A DNA stretch of 63,127 bases, filler included, from Octopus bimaculoides (lineage: Eukaryota): assembly GCF_001194135.2 (NCBI RefSeq). It is 5 parts of 5 records of this genome, joined end to end, with 100 filler letters (N's around TTAATTAATTAA, not from the genome) between each part and the next. Parts side by side here need not be neighbours in the genome. Positions count along the whole stretch, not along the records: positions 14,788 to 30,090 come from NC_068992.1; positions 30,191 to 41,053 come from NC_068982.1; 3 more parts are not named here. One strand, given 5' to 3'. Below, in pieces: positions 21,601 to 34,899 of the stretch. The notes beneath the pieces were generated by a model that did no database searches, was not told the DNA's origin, and saw only the letters and a list, made by a program, of their open reading frames with translations. Each line of letters begins with the position of its first letter. The stretch's first letter is position 1. The translations under genes and the position numbers were made by a program.

Positions 21601-22065
21601 ATGTCTTTCGGTTCCAGACTTACATTCTTGCGTGTTGTAATTGCTGGTGCTCGCTTTTAAGGTTACTTGTGAAAAAGTAATGGTCGGTCAAAACATAAAA
21701 GGAAGGAAAAGGCAACCCAAAAAGGAAAAAAACCGGCGGGTTAAATAATTAAAATCAACCCGGAACATTAAATTATTCTATCATATATGTTTTTATTTAT
21801 TTAACCACCATATGTTTATATAATTTGTAATCTCATCCGTATTTTAAAATTCGTTGTGTAAGAATGTAATGTCTGTCCATTGTGATGTCCTCTCTATGTG
21901 AACCTGTATAGGTTAATAAAGAAATATTTTCCGTTCCAGATCTTTTGAAGTCTAGCCACTGACCACACAGGACACAGCCAGTTCCAGCGACAACGCAACA
22001 GCAGCCACATGGTCGAATTTACCTGGATGTAAGACGACGCAATATTGAGGAATGCTCCTAAATGT

Positions 22066-22280
22066 AACTAGATACCACATGAAAGTATGATTCACTATTA
22101 CAACTAGGCACCATAGGTAAGTATAGTTCACCCTTACAATTAAGTGTCACAAGAAAGTATAGTTCATCGTTGTAGCTAGGTAGCACGAAAAGATACAGTC
22201 CACCTACATGTAATGAACTACCACATGAAAGTAATAGTTCGCTTAAATGTAGCGATATACCACAATGTGACTTAATTCAC
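22066..22280. repeat. Degenerate ~37-bp tandem repeat
   Basis: Recurring ACCACATGAAAGTATAGTTCA motif. Confidence 0.6.
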
Positions 22281-24344
22281 TGAACTGTTTATTTAAGTCT
22301 ATAAAAATGGAAGATAGTCACTGAGTCTATTGAACTTTGTTATACAGAAGGAAAGCAACCTGACATTTGATATTTCGTTAATTTTTCTATCAGCTACAGG
22401 TCTTTAACAGTTACTGTTTGCAATACTACGTGATTAGAGCGTAAGAACATATCGGTGTTGGAGATGACAAACCAACTGGTACGAATGTGATACTGTAAGT
22501 ATTGATTAAATGATTAGAGAAGGAAGATAACTACACATCTACGTCATAAAATAGTTAATTTAATTATAGAGCAGAAGTAACCACATACTTAAGTAACGAT
22601 AATGCAGATTTGACCCTTCAAATGTTTTCAACATCAGAAATAAATCTAGTTGTGTTAAATGAGAGATTAGAATAAATAATAGGGGCTAGTGAACAATTAA
22701 AGGCGATAGAAGAGACTCGTTTATAAGACAAAATGATTAAGATGGCGAGTTGAACTAAACATCAGAAAGAAATTCAATGCCACGGAGAAGGTAAATGCTC
22801 TTCAGGAGTACCACCTTTTTTTTTTTATATATTACAGGTAAATAAAGATTAAGCTGTAATAATACGAAGGAGTGTTTTAGGTGAGATGTGTGATAGTTTG
22901 TTGTGAGATATGAGAAGTATGGGGGAATAGGGGTGGTTGAGTGAGATGTTAGACATTGCATGGGATGACGTATGAATCAGGGTACATACGTGCAGGAACG
23001 AAATTTGCTTAGGAAGTGCACACCTAGCTTTTCAGGAGGATGTTCAAAACGTTTACATTGCCCCGCAAAAGTTTTAGGGGGTGCGCTTGCACCCCCTGTT
23101 CCCGGGCTTGTGTCAGAGTACTGAAGAGGTAACAGAAACGGTAAACATACAGCTATAGTGGAAGGGATCATAAGTGAAGTAAGAGGTGGGGTAAATAGGT
23201 GAGGTAATATTACTAAGTAGAAGAGTATCTCATGATGCGAGGTATAACGTGGGGCTGAGACGGAAGCTATGAGTGTAGGATATTACTGTTATAGTTGGCA
23301 TAAGAGAAGGAAGAGAGTAGCAACAAAAAAGGGGAGGGGTAGTAGTTAGAGAAAGACAGAAAGAAGGAGAGGGAGGTTGTATTGAGAAGGTAATAGAAAG
23401 AGTAAAGGTAGACTGGAGCAGGAAGTGGAGATGAGAAGAAGGGAAAAGAGATAACGGAATTAAGGAAAGCAAGGACAAGTGAAGAAACACAATGTTGAAT
23501 AGGGGGCAAGAAGGAGGGAGGGATAAATAGAGAGAATGAGACAGAGAGAGAGAATTACTCAGGGATTCCACGCACAATTATTCTACCCAGTTCCACAGAT
23601 ATTCCACCCAGTTAAACTTGTTGTTGGATGAGAAAAATAGCAATGATTTGAAGAACTATGCAGCTTCTTTTCGATGTCAAGTCGATTCTTTTAGTCTGGT
23701 TAAGTCCATATTCTTTATCGCCTTCTCTCATTTTTTCTTCCTTTCCTTCTCTCCTTTCTTCTTCTTCCTCTCCTTCTTTCTCTCCTATTTTCCTCACTCC
23801 AATACATTTTCTTTCCTCCTTTCTCAATTCCAATCCCCACCATAATCATTAACAGACCTTGTTTGGTAACTCTGTACATCTAATAAAATTCATTTGTTAA
23901 AACATTTATCACACAAATAAATAACTAGATATTCAGATTTTAAAACCACTACCACCAACAACAACACCAACAACAACAACAACAACAACAATCGCGTATA
24001 AAAATATTAAATCACGTCATTAATGAATAAAAATAGAGTTAAAATATGTGTTTGGGGCGAAATTATGAAAGAAAAATACTTCAAAGGAAGATTTCGGTTG
24101 GGAAAGTGGAAAAAGAATTCTTACAATTCTAATCTGTCCTCGCTTTTTGTAAACCAAATTTGGAAAAGTGAATTAACTGTTGTAATGAGATTAGATTATT
24201 CAGTCTGAGATTAATTTCTACCAGACAAACGAAATATCATTAATAACGAGATTATGGTTCCTGAACATTTTTCTTCATTGTTATTTGCTACTTTCCAAAA
24301 GAAAAAAGAAAGTGAAACAAGTAAAACACCAAAGGACTGTTTCG

Positions 24345-24540
24345 CACATACACAGAACATTCCACTAACGCAAAGAATATTTCCGCACACACAAGAAATG
24401 TTTCACTGAGAATTACTCAACAACAAAGGATTGTACCAACATAAGAATGTTCACATACAAGGATATTCCTCCAACACATAGAACGTTTCCACACCCATAA
24501 GGAATATTCCACACAACCATAAAGAAAGTTCCAGCGTGTA
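24345..24540. repeat. Degenerate ~21-bp tandem repeat abutting a Penelope fragment
   Basis: Recurring A.AGAA.ATTCC.CACAC units. Confidence 0.6.
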
Positions 24541-24865
24541 GTGTAGGTCACCTTGTCCTCTGTCCTGCTGCACTTGCTCTGGATGCGTGCAAGTTCATTT
24601 CTGGCGCATCCTATTTTGGCACCGAGTGGAAGTGTGGAATTGTATTGGACAAACATATCTCTACTGGCTGCTTTCCTGGAGAACTCGGTGTGGATCTCCC
24701 CTTCTTCCGTTATTTTCAGTTGGAAGTCAAGTAGCGATAGTGATCCCGAGATGTCGGGATGTTCTATAGTGATCTAATATGTTCATGTCCATGTTGTTGA
24801 ACGTCGTGAATATTCCGTCAGCCTCTTCACGGGAGGATGTGAGTATGAAGATGTCATACATACAT
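24540..24865 (-). mobile_element. Penelope-like element RT fragment
   Basis: DIFILTSS...NMDMNI(R)...SLSLLDFQLKI...EFSRKAASRDMFVQYNSTLP...RNELARIQSKCS. Confidence 0.8.
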
Positions 24866-26029
24866 ACACACACACAAACACACACACGCACGCACGCGCG
24901 CACACACACACACGCACGCACGCACACTCACACACGACAGGTTTTTAGTTTTCGTCTACCGAATCTATTCACAAGGCTTTTTTCCAGCCAAGACTATAGA
25001 AGACAAGATGGGAGTAGACCCGGTGCCATGTGATTAGGAAGCAAATTTCTTACCACACCCGCGACTATAAAAAAAATGTGGTAGCTTACGTTGGGTGAGC
25101 GGGTTGTGCAGACCGCACAGGGCGGCCAAAATCCACGCTGTCTTTTTATACATACATACTTACATACATACATACATACAAGTATGCATGTTTATATAGA
25201 TTTTACATACATCCAAGCAGATATCTACACCCACATATAGATACATCCATCCATTCATCCGTCCATACATACATACATACATACATACATGCAAATATAT
25301 GCATAGATAGTTTTAAATACATAACGGCATACACGTATATTGGAACACACGTGTACAGTAGTGTGTGAAAATTAAATGAAAAAAATATTTATAAATAGAT
25401 GATCATATGAATTACAAAAGTCTGAATATATAGAAGTAATAAACATTTGAATATATGAATAAGAAACCGCCTGGGAGGAGAAACACCACGAAATATAGAG
25501 GAAATGATTTTAAATTATTTTAAAATGAGCATACACTTTACACTCAAATGTACGTGAGTTTACATATGCATCGTTGTATGCATACGTACACAATGTACAT
25601 TGTATTAACATGTACGTACAAATATGCCGATGCATACGCATACATATACACAAAGGCATACTTATTCATATATACAGACGTGTACAACAGACAATACAAG
25701 TACACTCTTGTAAACCAATGCATACATATACCTTCATATGCAAGTCCGCGAGTTGCTTGTTGCAGGGTGAGAGTTCGGGCTGTAATATCTGTAGTTCAGA
25801 ATATGTTGTCTTGGAGTGAGAATGTATTCGTAAAAGGATAGAGAAGGTGATATTGTCAATGGTACAAAAGTTTTAAAGTTCATTATTAGTGTACAAAACT
25901 TAATCCATATACCAAATTTGAAAACAATTGGAGCAAAATTGTAAACAGTGACAAAAATCACCAAGATTCTGTCATTGTATTTTGTTTTTTCTTTTTGCTC
26001 TTAGGAGAACTCCAAATCCATTCAAACAA

Positions 26030-26790
26030 CATGCGAGGGGGTACTGAAAATGTCATGTCTTTAAGAGTATCGCGAAAGGATAGAGCTGTTACCTTTACAA
26101 GGGATGTAGGACAACTACTTAGGAGATGATATGCAAACAATCATGGTGGCATACAATATATCTTTCTCTTTTTGCAGATTTAACGCATGATGGCAGACCC
26201 TACAGTGGATTTTGGCAAAACTGAAGCACATATGGTCATGAAGTTCCTCTTTTTGCAAAGCAAAAGAGTGGCGGAAATCCATGGCGAGATGAAGGAAGTT
26301 TGAATGACGGCTGCTTATCTAACTCCACAGTGAAAATCTGGGTGTCAAGGTTTCGGACTGGTCATTTCGAGGTTACAGATGAACCTCAGCCTGGACGGCC
26401 AACTTCCGAGACCACAGAGGACAAAGCCGATGATGTGCATGTCGTGATTCTCAAGGACCACCGGATTTCAATAAAAGTCATAGCCGAGACTCTTGGGATT
26501 TCCCGCAGAAGAGCTGACCCCATCATCCACAACATTCTGGACATGAGAAATCTTTCCACAAAATGGGTCTCGAAGTGCTATAATGCAGAACAGAAGCGTA
26601 TAAGAGTGACGATATTAGAAGCGATTTTAGACCAGTTTGAAACGAGATAGGATGAATCTATAGCTCGTTTAGTCACCACGGATGAAACTTGGTTTCATCA
26701 TTATGATCTCAAGATCATAAGCAATCAATGGAGTGGCGTCACAGCGGTTCACTACGTCCAAAGGAGTTTCGGACCCAGAAGTCAGTTGAA
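26030..26790 (+). mobile_element. Mariner transposase remnant (HTH region and start of the DD34D domain)
   Basis: STVKIWVSRFRTG...DEPQPGRP...WVSK...IARLVTTDETWFHHY with stops and a frameshift. TIR-like CGAGGGGGTACTGAAAA at ~26033. Confidence 0.85.
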
Positions 26791-28939
26791 AACGTTCTGA
26801 CTCTAATATCAACATAATAAAATCTTATATTGGTTTAACCGTGAACACTTTCTAATTCGGATTTTAGCAACATACTCATTTCTTTAGCAACATCAACGAA
26901 GAAACAGACACCATCTAGGCTGAATGAAAATTATTTCTGCAAGACCAACAGAACACCAACTATAATATTAATTAGAAGAAATAAATTATAGATCGCACCA
27001 AAGCTTGCAAACATACTGGGACCTGTGTGTCATAATGATGATGATTACACTGTTCCATAATGAATCAACTCTGAATTTCATACTGAAGTTTATCTCCTTT
27101 TACGTACTTATACCCACCACCTTCAAAGAGAATACATCTGATAATGTAGCTCGGGATACACTATACATGGAAAAGGTGAGATGGTTGTAGTTGGACACCG
27201 CCACAACAGAGTTAAACAGCATGAAGGCGAATTAAAATACCTGTTGACTTGACTTGAAAAGCGGTCAACCGTAAACTAAATATTGGTTTCAAGTTTTTAC
27301 ACAAGGCTAGCAAATTCGGTGAAGAGGTAAGTCGATAACATTAACCCCAGTGCTCAGCTAGTACTTACTTTGTCGACCTCGAAAGAATGAAAAGCAAAGT
27401 CGATCTTTGCAGCGTTTGAACTCAGAACTCAGCGTTTGAACGTAAGCTCGGAAATAATGCCGCTAAGACTTTTGTCCGGCGCGTAAAGATTCTGCCAACT
27501 CACCGCCTTACCTGAACACAATATTAAAATATTATGATATATTGTTTACCATCATTATATTGTTCAACGAAAAAGAGGGAGAGAGAAAGGAAGAGATAGT
27601 GAATGTGTGCATTTCAACGCATTATCTTTAGATCGAGACTTCAGTGAATTGTGACCAGTGTTGTAGCTGACATTCACCAGTCTCACGTGCTTCCTTGTCA
27701 CATGGGCATTACTCTTCACGTTAGCTTATGAGCTGTGTGACTTTGTATGCATGTTTGTATTTGTGTGTGTGTGTGTGCCTTTGCACGTGTGTATGTGTTC
27801 TTAAGTTATCTTTATAAGATTTCACCCTAGAACTGTTTATTTTCTTTCTCTATTTCATACATGTTTAAGCCATATTTTGTGTGATTTCTTCAGAATATTA
27901 GAATGATGAAATGTCTCTTAAATGCTGCAATAAAATAAACTAAAATATAGCCACGTTTAACCGTTTTACTAATGGACACGGGCAATATTATTTCAATAGA
28001 CAATCTCTATTAAATATTTTTTCTCTCAGGCTATTATTTAGTTGTTGAGTGAAACAAGTGAAACCTCACACAAGCAGCGTCTTCTCTTTCACATTCAATG
28101 TCTTCTTCACACACACACAATAAAAAGGAAGAGGAGAAAACTAATTAAAGGAAGGGAGATGTGACTACAAACCCCACAGGGAAGCGGTATTGTTTAAAAC
28201 ACTGTTTAAACCTTGTTTTTTGTTGAGTCATTTTCATGTCTGTAATCAGTGAACCAATTCTACGAAATGTACGAGTTGTCTTCTGTTGTCAACTGAGTCC
28301 AATACACTTTACTTACACTGTCATGGGAAAGGCATGAATGTCAGATAGTCTCAGTTATGCTTACAGGACACAGGAAAACTAACAGAGACAAGTCCGTAAC
28401 ACAAGTCCGTAACTAAAACTTGAGAAACACATTAAAATCACTCAGTCATATACATTAGACTGTCTAATAAAAAGTTCGTTTCGCCACTTCGAGGTTTCGG
28501 GTTCGTTCAGTGTGCAGGACCTTCATCAACAAGCATCAGGGAGTACAAAGAATTGTAAACTTTGGTATTTGTTCTTTTGCGAATTAATACGTCATTTTGT
28601 ACAACCCGAGTAGTTATAGCAGAGTGCACACTTTTAGAAATATTCGTATTAGATCTCTTGTGTAAGGATGATCTTTTCCATTCAGTCCTGAAGTCTTGGA
28701 GAGAGCCATGAATGTTGCCATTCCGCCAGTGACTAAGCCATTATCAACAAAATATTCCCCACTTTCACCCCTAAATATTCAACAAAAACCATTCTTAAAT
28801 CAATCATTTTATTTTCTTTGTTTTCCATTGGACATACTTCCCATGTTCAAGAAAGATTGTTTAGGCGGTAAGTGCACATTTTCCGTTTCCTTTTTTTAAT
28901 TTTTTTTTTTTTACTTCTTTGTGTATTTTTGGTGGATAA

Positions 28940-29740
28940 CGTTTTAAGAGGCACTTGTTTATTTCAAGAAGAGCGTCGGTTCCAGGACAGATCCCAAATC
29001 TGCACTGATTTCATAAATATGGGAGGATCCACGGCGTAGATGATGTGGAAGGAAGGTAAGTTGACGCTCGTGCTAGTAGAGCAAGACTGCATTTAGCTAG
29101 AAGAGGTATAGATAGCACCATGATAAGGTCCTCAAAGCATTAGATGAAATCTTGGAATAGGAGAGACAAGAAAATGCAAAACCCACGCGAGATCGTCCTC
29201 AAATGTTGAGTTCATCCGTGAGTAGGAGAAGCCAATCACTTTAAAAAAGGATTGAGAACCTCCCACAGGTAGCACAATCACAGGTGATGAGAGTGGACCT
29301 AGGAAAGAACCTTCACTTTATCCAAGATTATCAAACACTCCTGAGGCCCGACATAGCTATATGATTGGAGAAAATAAGAAAAACAACTGACAGTTCCGCT
29401 GGAAGAGGAATGTGAGGTGGTTTCAGAGAAGAAAGCCACTAACTACCAAGATTTGGGTTAACAGTGCAAGGAAAAGATTTGAACGCCTGACTATTTGAAG
29501 TTGAGGTTGGTCATATGGGTTTCTCGACAGTCTGGAAAAGGCTGGTAGTTCTGGGAGTGACAGGAAGGGAGAGGAAGAGCGCTGTTCGCAGATTGAAAAA
29601 GAAATTTGCCGGCATGAGAAACGAAAGAAGATGGCCATTGACTGACCATTACTTCCAATCTGCCAACAGAACGATGCTATATTTTAAAGTTGAAACGCAA
29701 GAGGAAAGTTGGATACCACCGGACGACTTCTCTTGACCGA
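28940..29740 (+). mobile_element. Non-LTR retrotransposon remnant with a restriction-like endonuclease (HERO/R4/NeSL type)
   Basis: RYR.HHDKVLKAL, TLLRPDIAI, a frameshifted (E)LTVP.EE...ERK..YQDL block, and VWKRLVVLGVTGRERK. Confidence 0.7.
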
Positions 29741-30052
29741 AAGCTAGTCATGAGTTTGCATCTCCAGTAGTTGTAGCTTATAGGATGCATATATATATGT
29801 ATATGCGTCTATAAGTATATATGTATGTATATATACGTGTGAAGTCATATTTAACACATTTCAGTGCATTCGGACGTGGGCAAACCTTCCACTGCAGAAA
29901 TAGTTCTGGGTGATAATCTTCTGGACGACATGCGTCACCGGATGATAGGACGCATGCATTTCTGCGCTCTTTTGTTTCAAATGCACTTGAAAATCTTAAA
30001 TATGACTTGGCAATTATATATCATATATCCCCCCTCCCCCCTCTCTCTCTCT

Positions 30053-30090
<38 letters not shown>

Positions 30091-30419
30091 NNNNNNNNNN
30101 NNNNNNNNNNNNNNNNNNNNNNNNNNNNNNNNNNTTAATTAATTAANNNNNNNNNNNNNNNNNNNNNNNNNNNNNNNNNNNNNNNNNNNNATATATATAT
30201 ATATATATATATATAAATCCTTTACTTGTTTCAGTCATTTGACTAAAACCCCTCAAAATGTTAGAAACTTTGTTAAATGCTTACGTCACAGGAAACTTTT
30301 TCAGTTGCAGCAGTTTTGTCCTGTAAAAATATACATTGGATAGTTATTAAATAGGTATGCCACAAGGTGGAAGATTTTATTTATTATTATTATTCAAATA
30401 TTATATTGAAACCTCATCA

Positions 30420-30670
30420 TCGTCAAGATATCCCTTAACTGATGCAGCCAGTCATTGGGGTGCCACTCTAGATGCTTTCGTAGTCAGCCATCACCACTGG
30501 TCTCAGTTCTCTGTCATGCAGAGCAGGTTTTGCTGTGTTGTGAACCATCCAGTCCTTGATGTTGTCAAACCAGGATTTTTTCTGTGTGCCTCTCTTTTAC
30601 CCTCCCTCAACTGTGCCCTGAAGAATGCTTTTGGACAGGGAGTTGTGACAGCATACATGACCATATCAGA
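30420..30670 (-). mobile_element. RTE LINE 3' fragment
   Basis: YGHVCCHNSLSKSILQGTVEGG.KRGTQKKSWFDNIKDW. Confidence 0.8.
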
Positions 30671-31130
30671 CTCAACATTTATATGAAAAAACTTACAAAA
30701 GTAATTACACACACACACACACACACAAACACACTGTATTTGATGGCGTATAAGACAATTTTGGGGAAAAAAATGTCTCAAAACTTCACCTCATATGTGC
30801 AAAGTTGGGCCTATATTACAATCTTTAATGAACAAAAAACTTTTTCACATGAATATGGCTTGTTGAAATGGGATGCATCTAATATGCCCATGCAACTTTT
30901 ATGCCATAAAAACTTTTGCGCATGCATGTAAGTGTATTTCGTTCAAAGCTAATGATCCACTCAGTCACTTTTTAAAGTTTTTTGTGTATGTGTAATATAC
31001 ATTCAAGAGACAGAATCGTTGCTTTATAATATACTATTACAATATATAAATTAACATATAACGTAATACAGTGAATTAATGTCATAGATAAATATACTCA
31101 AAATGTAGAGTATATTTTTCTTTATTCCAC

Positions 31131-31387
31131 AATAAAGAGTTCAGAGTTCATAACTTACATTTCATTAAGATTATCTTTACAGATTTTCTATTGAAATTAT
31201 AGCCAGCACTGAATTTGTTATGACATTTCTTATCCAAGACACCTGATGTAAACAACAATGAAATGTTTACATCAGGTGTTCTGGATATGAAACATAATAA
31301 GAAACTCAGTGCTGACAATAATTTCCATAAAAAATCTGTAGAGATAATCTTAATAAAATGTAAGTTATGAACTCTGAACTCTTTATT
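31131..31387. mobile_element. 257-bp foldback/palindromic element
   Basis: Two ~123-bp inverted arms (31131-31253, 31265-31387), roughly 85-90% identical by eye, with an 11-nt loop. Confidence 0.8.
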
Positions 31388-32439
31388 ATGAAATGAAGTG
31401 ATGTAATAACACTGCTAACACAGTAGAATACAGTATTGACTTATAAAAATGTTTAATATACTTTGTAGTATATTATAGTTGTATGACAAAATATGGTAAA
31501 GGTCATTAAAACTTACATTTTGTTCAGTAATTTGGAATTTTTCTCCAAAACGAGAATATTTCAGGATAGCATGTAAATCCGAGTCAACAGTCACAGGTTT
31601 GTTGGACTGAAAATAAAAGATAATTTAAATCCATTTACTCATTTAAAGGTCAATTGAAAAAATAAAAAAAATAAAAAAAGATTCACTCGAGAAGCTTTAT
31701 GACCAAAGAGGTAGGCCACTGCCCTGGGGTTTGTAGTCTTGCTTCAAGGTTCCATAGTCTTGCTTACCCAGGTTTCAGAGTCTTGCAAACTGCATGACAG
31801 CGTCTTTAGTGCTGGTGACATGAAAAAGACATCCAGTATACAGTGTAAAATGGCTAGCATTAGGAAGGTGCTGGTACCATGTAAAAAAACACCTGTACTG
31901 GTGCCATGTATAAACACACTTACGCTAGCAACCATGCTAGCAATGCATAAAAATCCACCCATGCCAGTGTCATTTAAAAATATACATGTACTGGTGCCAC
32001 TTAAAAAGCACCCAGTACACTCTATTATAAAGAGGTTAATGTTAGGAAGAGGATCCAGCCATAGAACCCATGCCAAAATAGACAACTGGAGCCTGGTGTA
32101 GCCCTCTGGGTTGCAACTTCATATCAAACACTTCAACCCATGCCAGCATGGAAAATGGGTATTAAATGATGAGGATTATGATGATGTTTATGGAGAATGA
32201 GATTGGGTGAAAGAAGTGCCAAGCAATCAAAGTGCAAAGAACTTGTAGAATGAGTATGTGAAAGAGGAAGGCCAAAAAAGAATGGGCAGAAGAGACAATG
32301 TTGTGAAGGAGATAACAAAGAACTGCAGCAAATAATGAAATTCTGTGCTAGAGAAAGCTCATCGAAGATTAGTAAGCATAGGGAAATGGATGTAAAATAA
32401 TAGGGTTTCAAATATTGGTTTGCATATTTTTATTTTGCA

Positions 32440-32680
32440 GATTTTAATTCAGAACTTATGAAAATAAGATATTTGCATTACAGATCCAGAGGTGGTTTCA
32501 GCCGGGTTGGTATCAAAAGGGTTAAATTAATCATTTGTTAACCCTTTTGTTGAGATGCTTTGTGTTACTTTCAATTAATTTTAAATATAACAAAGAACTT
32601 AGTAAAATAACTTAGTTATCATTATGCTAGTGTTAGCAACATAAATTGTGACTAAGGTTTGGTGGAAGATTTTTTATACA
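32440..32680. mobile_element. Truncated second copy of the piggyBac-like MITE dimer junction
   Basis: Same unit sequence and nearly the same junction, AAAGGGTTAA-ATTAATCATTTG-TTAACCCTTT. Confidence 0.7.
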
Positions 32681-34221
32681 CAACTTTAAATCTACATAAA
32701 TTTCCATTTATGCCTCGTTTGTAATTATTTACTTACAGAGAATGTTATGTGATGACTAAATTTCAGACTGTCCTCATGATCCACAATACCTCCGGTGTAG
32801 ACTACTTGGGCAGAAGATGGTTTGTAATTCTTCGGTAACTTAAAAAGACGACATGTTACAGCAGCATACTTTATGTTACCTGAAAAAATTAAAGAATGAG
32901 ATTTATTTTTTATTCTTAAAATAAAATTTATTTTATTCAGGGATCAGCAAATATAGTTTTCGCAAATGTTACCAATTCCTTTGAATGAGTTACCTAAAAA
33001 ATAGACAAACTAAAGACAAACCTCTATGCAGTCAATTTCCCCTACTAGAAATAGTAACAAAATATATCCCTCAAATCACACACTACCATCTTAAACCTTT
33101 AGTATTCGAACTGGTCATATCTGGCTCAAATATTCTACATATCTCGTGTTCAGACTGACAAGATCTGGCCTCTTACACCTACCCTAGTCAGCTGACCAGT
33201 TCCTGTCAAAATGTTGAATCCATGCCAGCATGGAAAATGGACATCAAATAATGACCATCATCATCATCATCATGATAATCCCATCTAACCCATACAAGCA
33301 TAGAAAAGTGAACATTCAAACAAAGATTATGATCATCATTTTTAACCCTCAAAAGGAAATGGTATGTCATCAAGACAAGTCTGATCATTTTTAATACATA
33401 CACAAGATTACACAGAGAATATCCTTCAATTAAATAATGGAACAAATCAAATAGAAATTAATTGAGTAAAAAATAGATACAATAAAAAAAAAACTTTATT
33501 ACCAATAAGTTTTTTGTAATCTTCCCTTTCAACAGGTATGCGGGAAATGCTGATGATATGAACTTGACTAAATCCAATTTCTTGAGTTAGTTCTTGGAGT
33601 TGTTTCCAATAAAGTGCCCCAGAAAGGCCTTCACCTTTGGATTAAAAAAAATTTGGGTTTATTGGAAATTTATAAAAGCATCAGTGGATAAAGAAGATGA
33701 TACACCAAAATGAAAGGGGACATTAGTGAGTGATGCATTGGAAGGAAGAAAGAAAGCGACATCAGTTGACAAAAAGGATACTTAAATTGCCCCGTTACCT
33801 TGCATCGCTTTCTCTCTCTATCTCTCTCTCTCTCTCTCTCTCTCCTGGTTCATCACCCACTATGCCACAGCGTCAACACTGAGCATTTATAGTACCGAAA
33901 ATTGAAATAAAAAAAGCACAAAACAATAAAGTATAATTAAATATCCTTTTGTAATTTTTGCACAAAGCCAGCAATTTGGGGGAGGAGATAAGTTGATTAC
34001 ATCAACCCCAGTACTCAACTGGTACTTATTGTATTGACCCCTGAAAGGATGAAAGGCAAAGTCAGACTTGACAGGATTTGAACTCAGAACACGAAATACC
34101 ACACTGAGCATTTTGCTCAGCGAGCTAACGAGGTTGCAAACTCACTACCCTCAAGTATAATTAAATACTGGTTTCAAAGAGGAGGGACTAAGTCAAATTG
34201 ACTCCAGTGCTCAAATGGTAC

Positions 34222-34676
34222 TTAACCTTTTCGTTACCATATTTCTGCTGAAATGCTCTGGGTTTCTTTCAATTAATTTTAAACATAACAAAGAATTTAG
34301 TAAAACAACTTAGTTATCATTAAGCTAGTGTTAGGAACATAAATTGTGGCTAAGGTTTGGTGGAAGATTTTAATTCAGAACTTATGAAAATAAGATATTT
34401 GTATTACAGATCCAAAGGTGGTTTCAGCTGGGTTGGTATCAAAAGGGTTAAATTCATCATTTGTTAACCCTTTTGTTACCATATTTATTTTGAGATTTTG
34501 AGATGCTCTGTGTTTCTTTCAATTAATTTTAAATATAACAAAGAATTTAGTAAAACAACTTAGTTATCATTAAGCTAGTGTTAGGAACATAAATTGTGAC
34601 TAAGGTTTGGTGGAAGATTTTAATTCAGACCTTATGAAACTTATGGTTTCAGTCGGGTTGATATTGAAAGGGTTAA
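34222..34676. mobile_element. Head-to-tail dimer of a piggyBac-like MITE (TTAA-CCYTTT...AAAGGG-TTAA) inserted in a SINE
   Basis: Two ~210-230 bp units with TTAA ends joined by ATTCATCATTTG. The flanking SINE reads ggtac|TTAA...TTAA|tttatcgaccc. Confidence 0.75.
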
Positions 34677-34899
34677 TTTATCGACCCTAAAAGGATGAAA
34701 GGCAGTCAACGTCAACAGAATTTGAACTCAGAACATAAAGGTAGATGAAAAACCACTACACATATTGCCAAGCATGCTAATGATTCAGCCAGGTTGCCAC
34801 ATTAAAGCTTAATTAAATAATAACAATCAAAGTAAAATAACTGATTTACAGAATTACAAACTTTAACACGAAAACTTATTTATTCCCTTCTGATCGTTG

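Noticed and set aside
31234-31247. CCAAGACACCTGA shared between the 257-bp palindrome and the hammerhead element (9358-9370)
   Set aside because: Only 13 nt, with no helix II or GAAA following. Probably chance.
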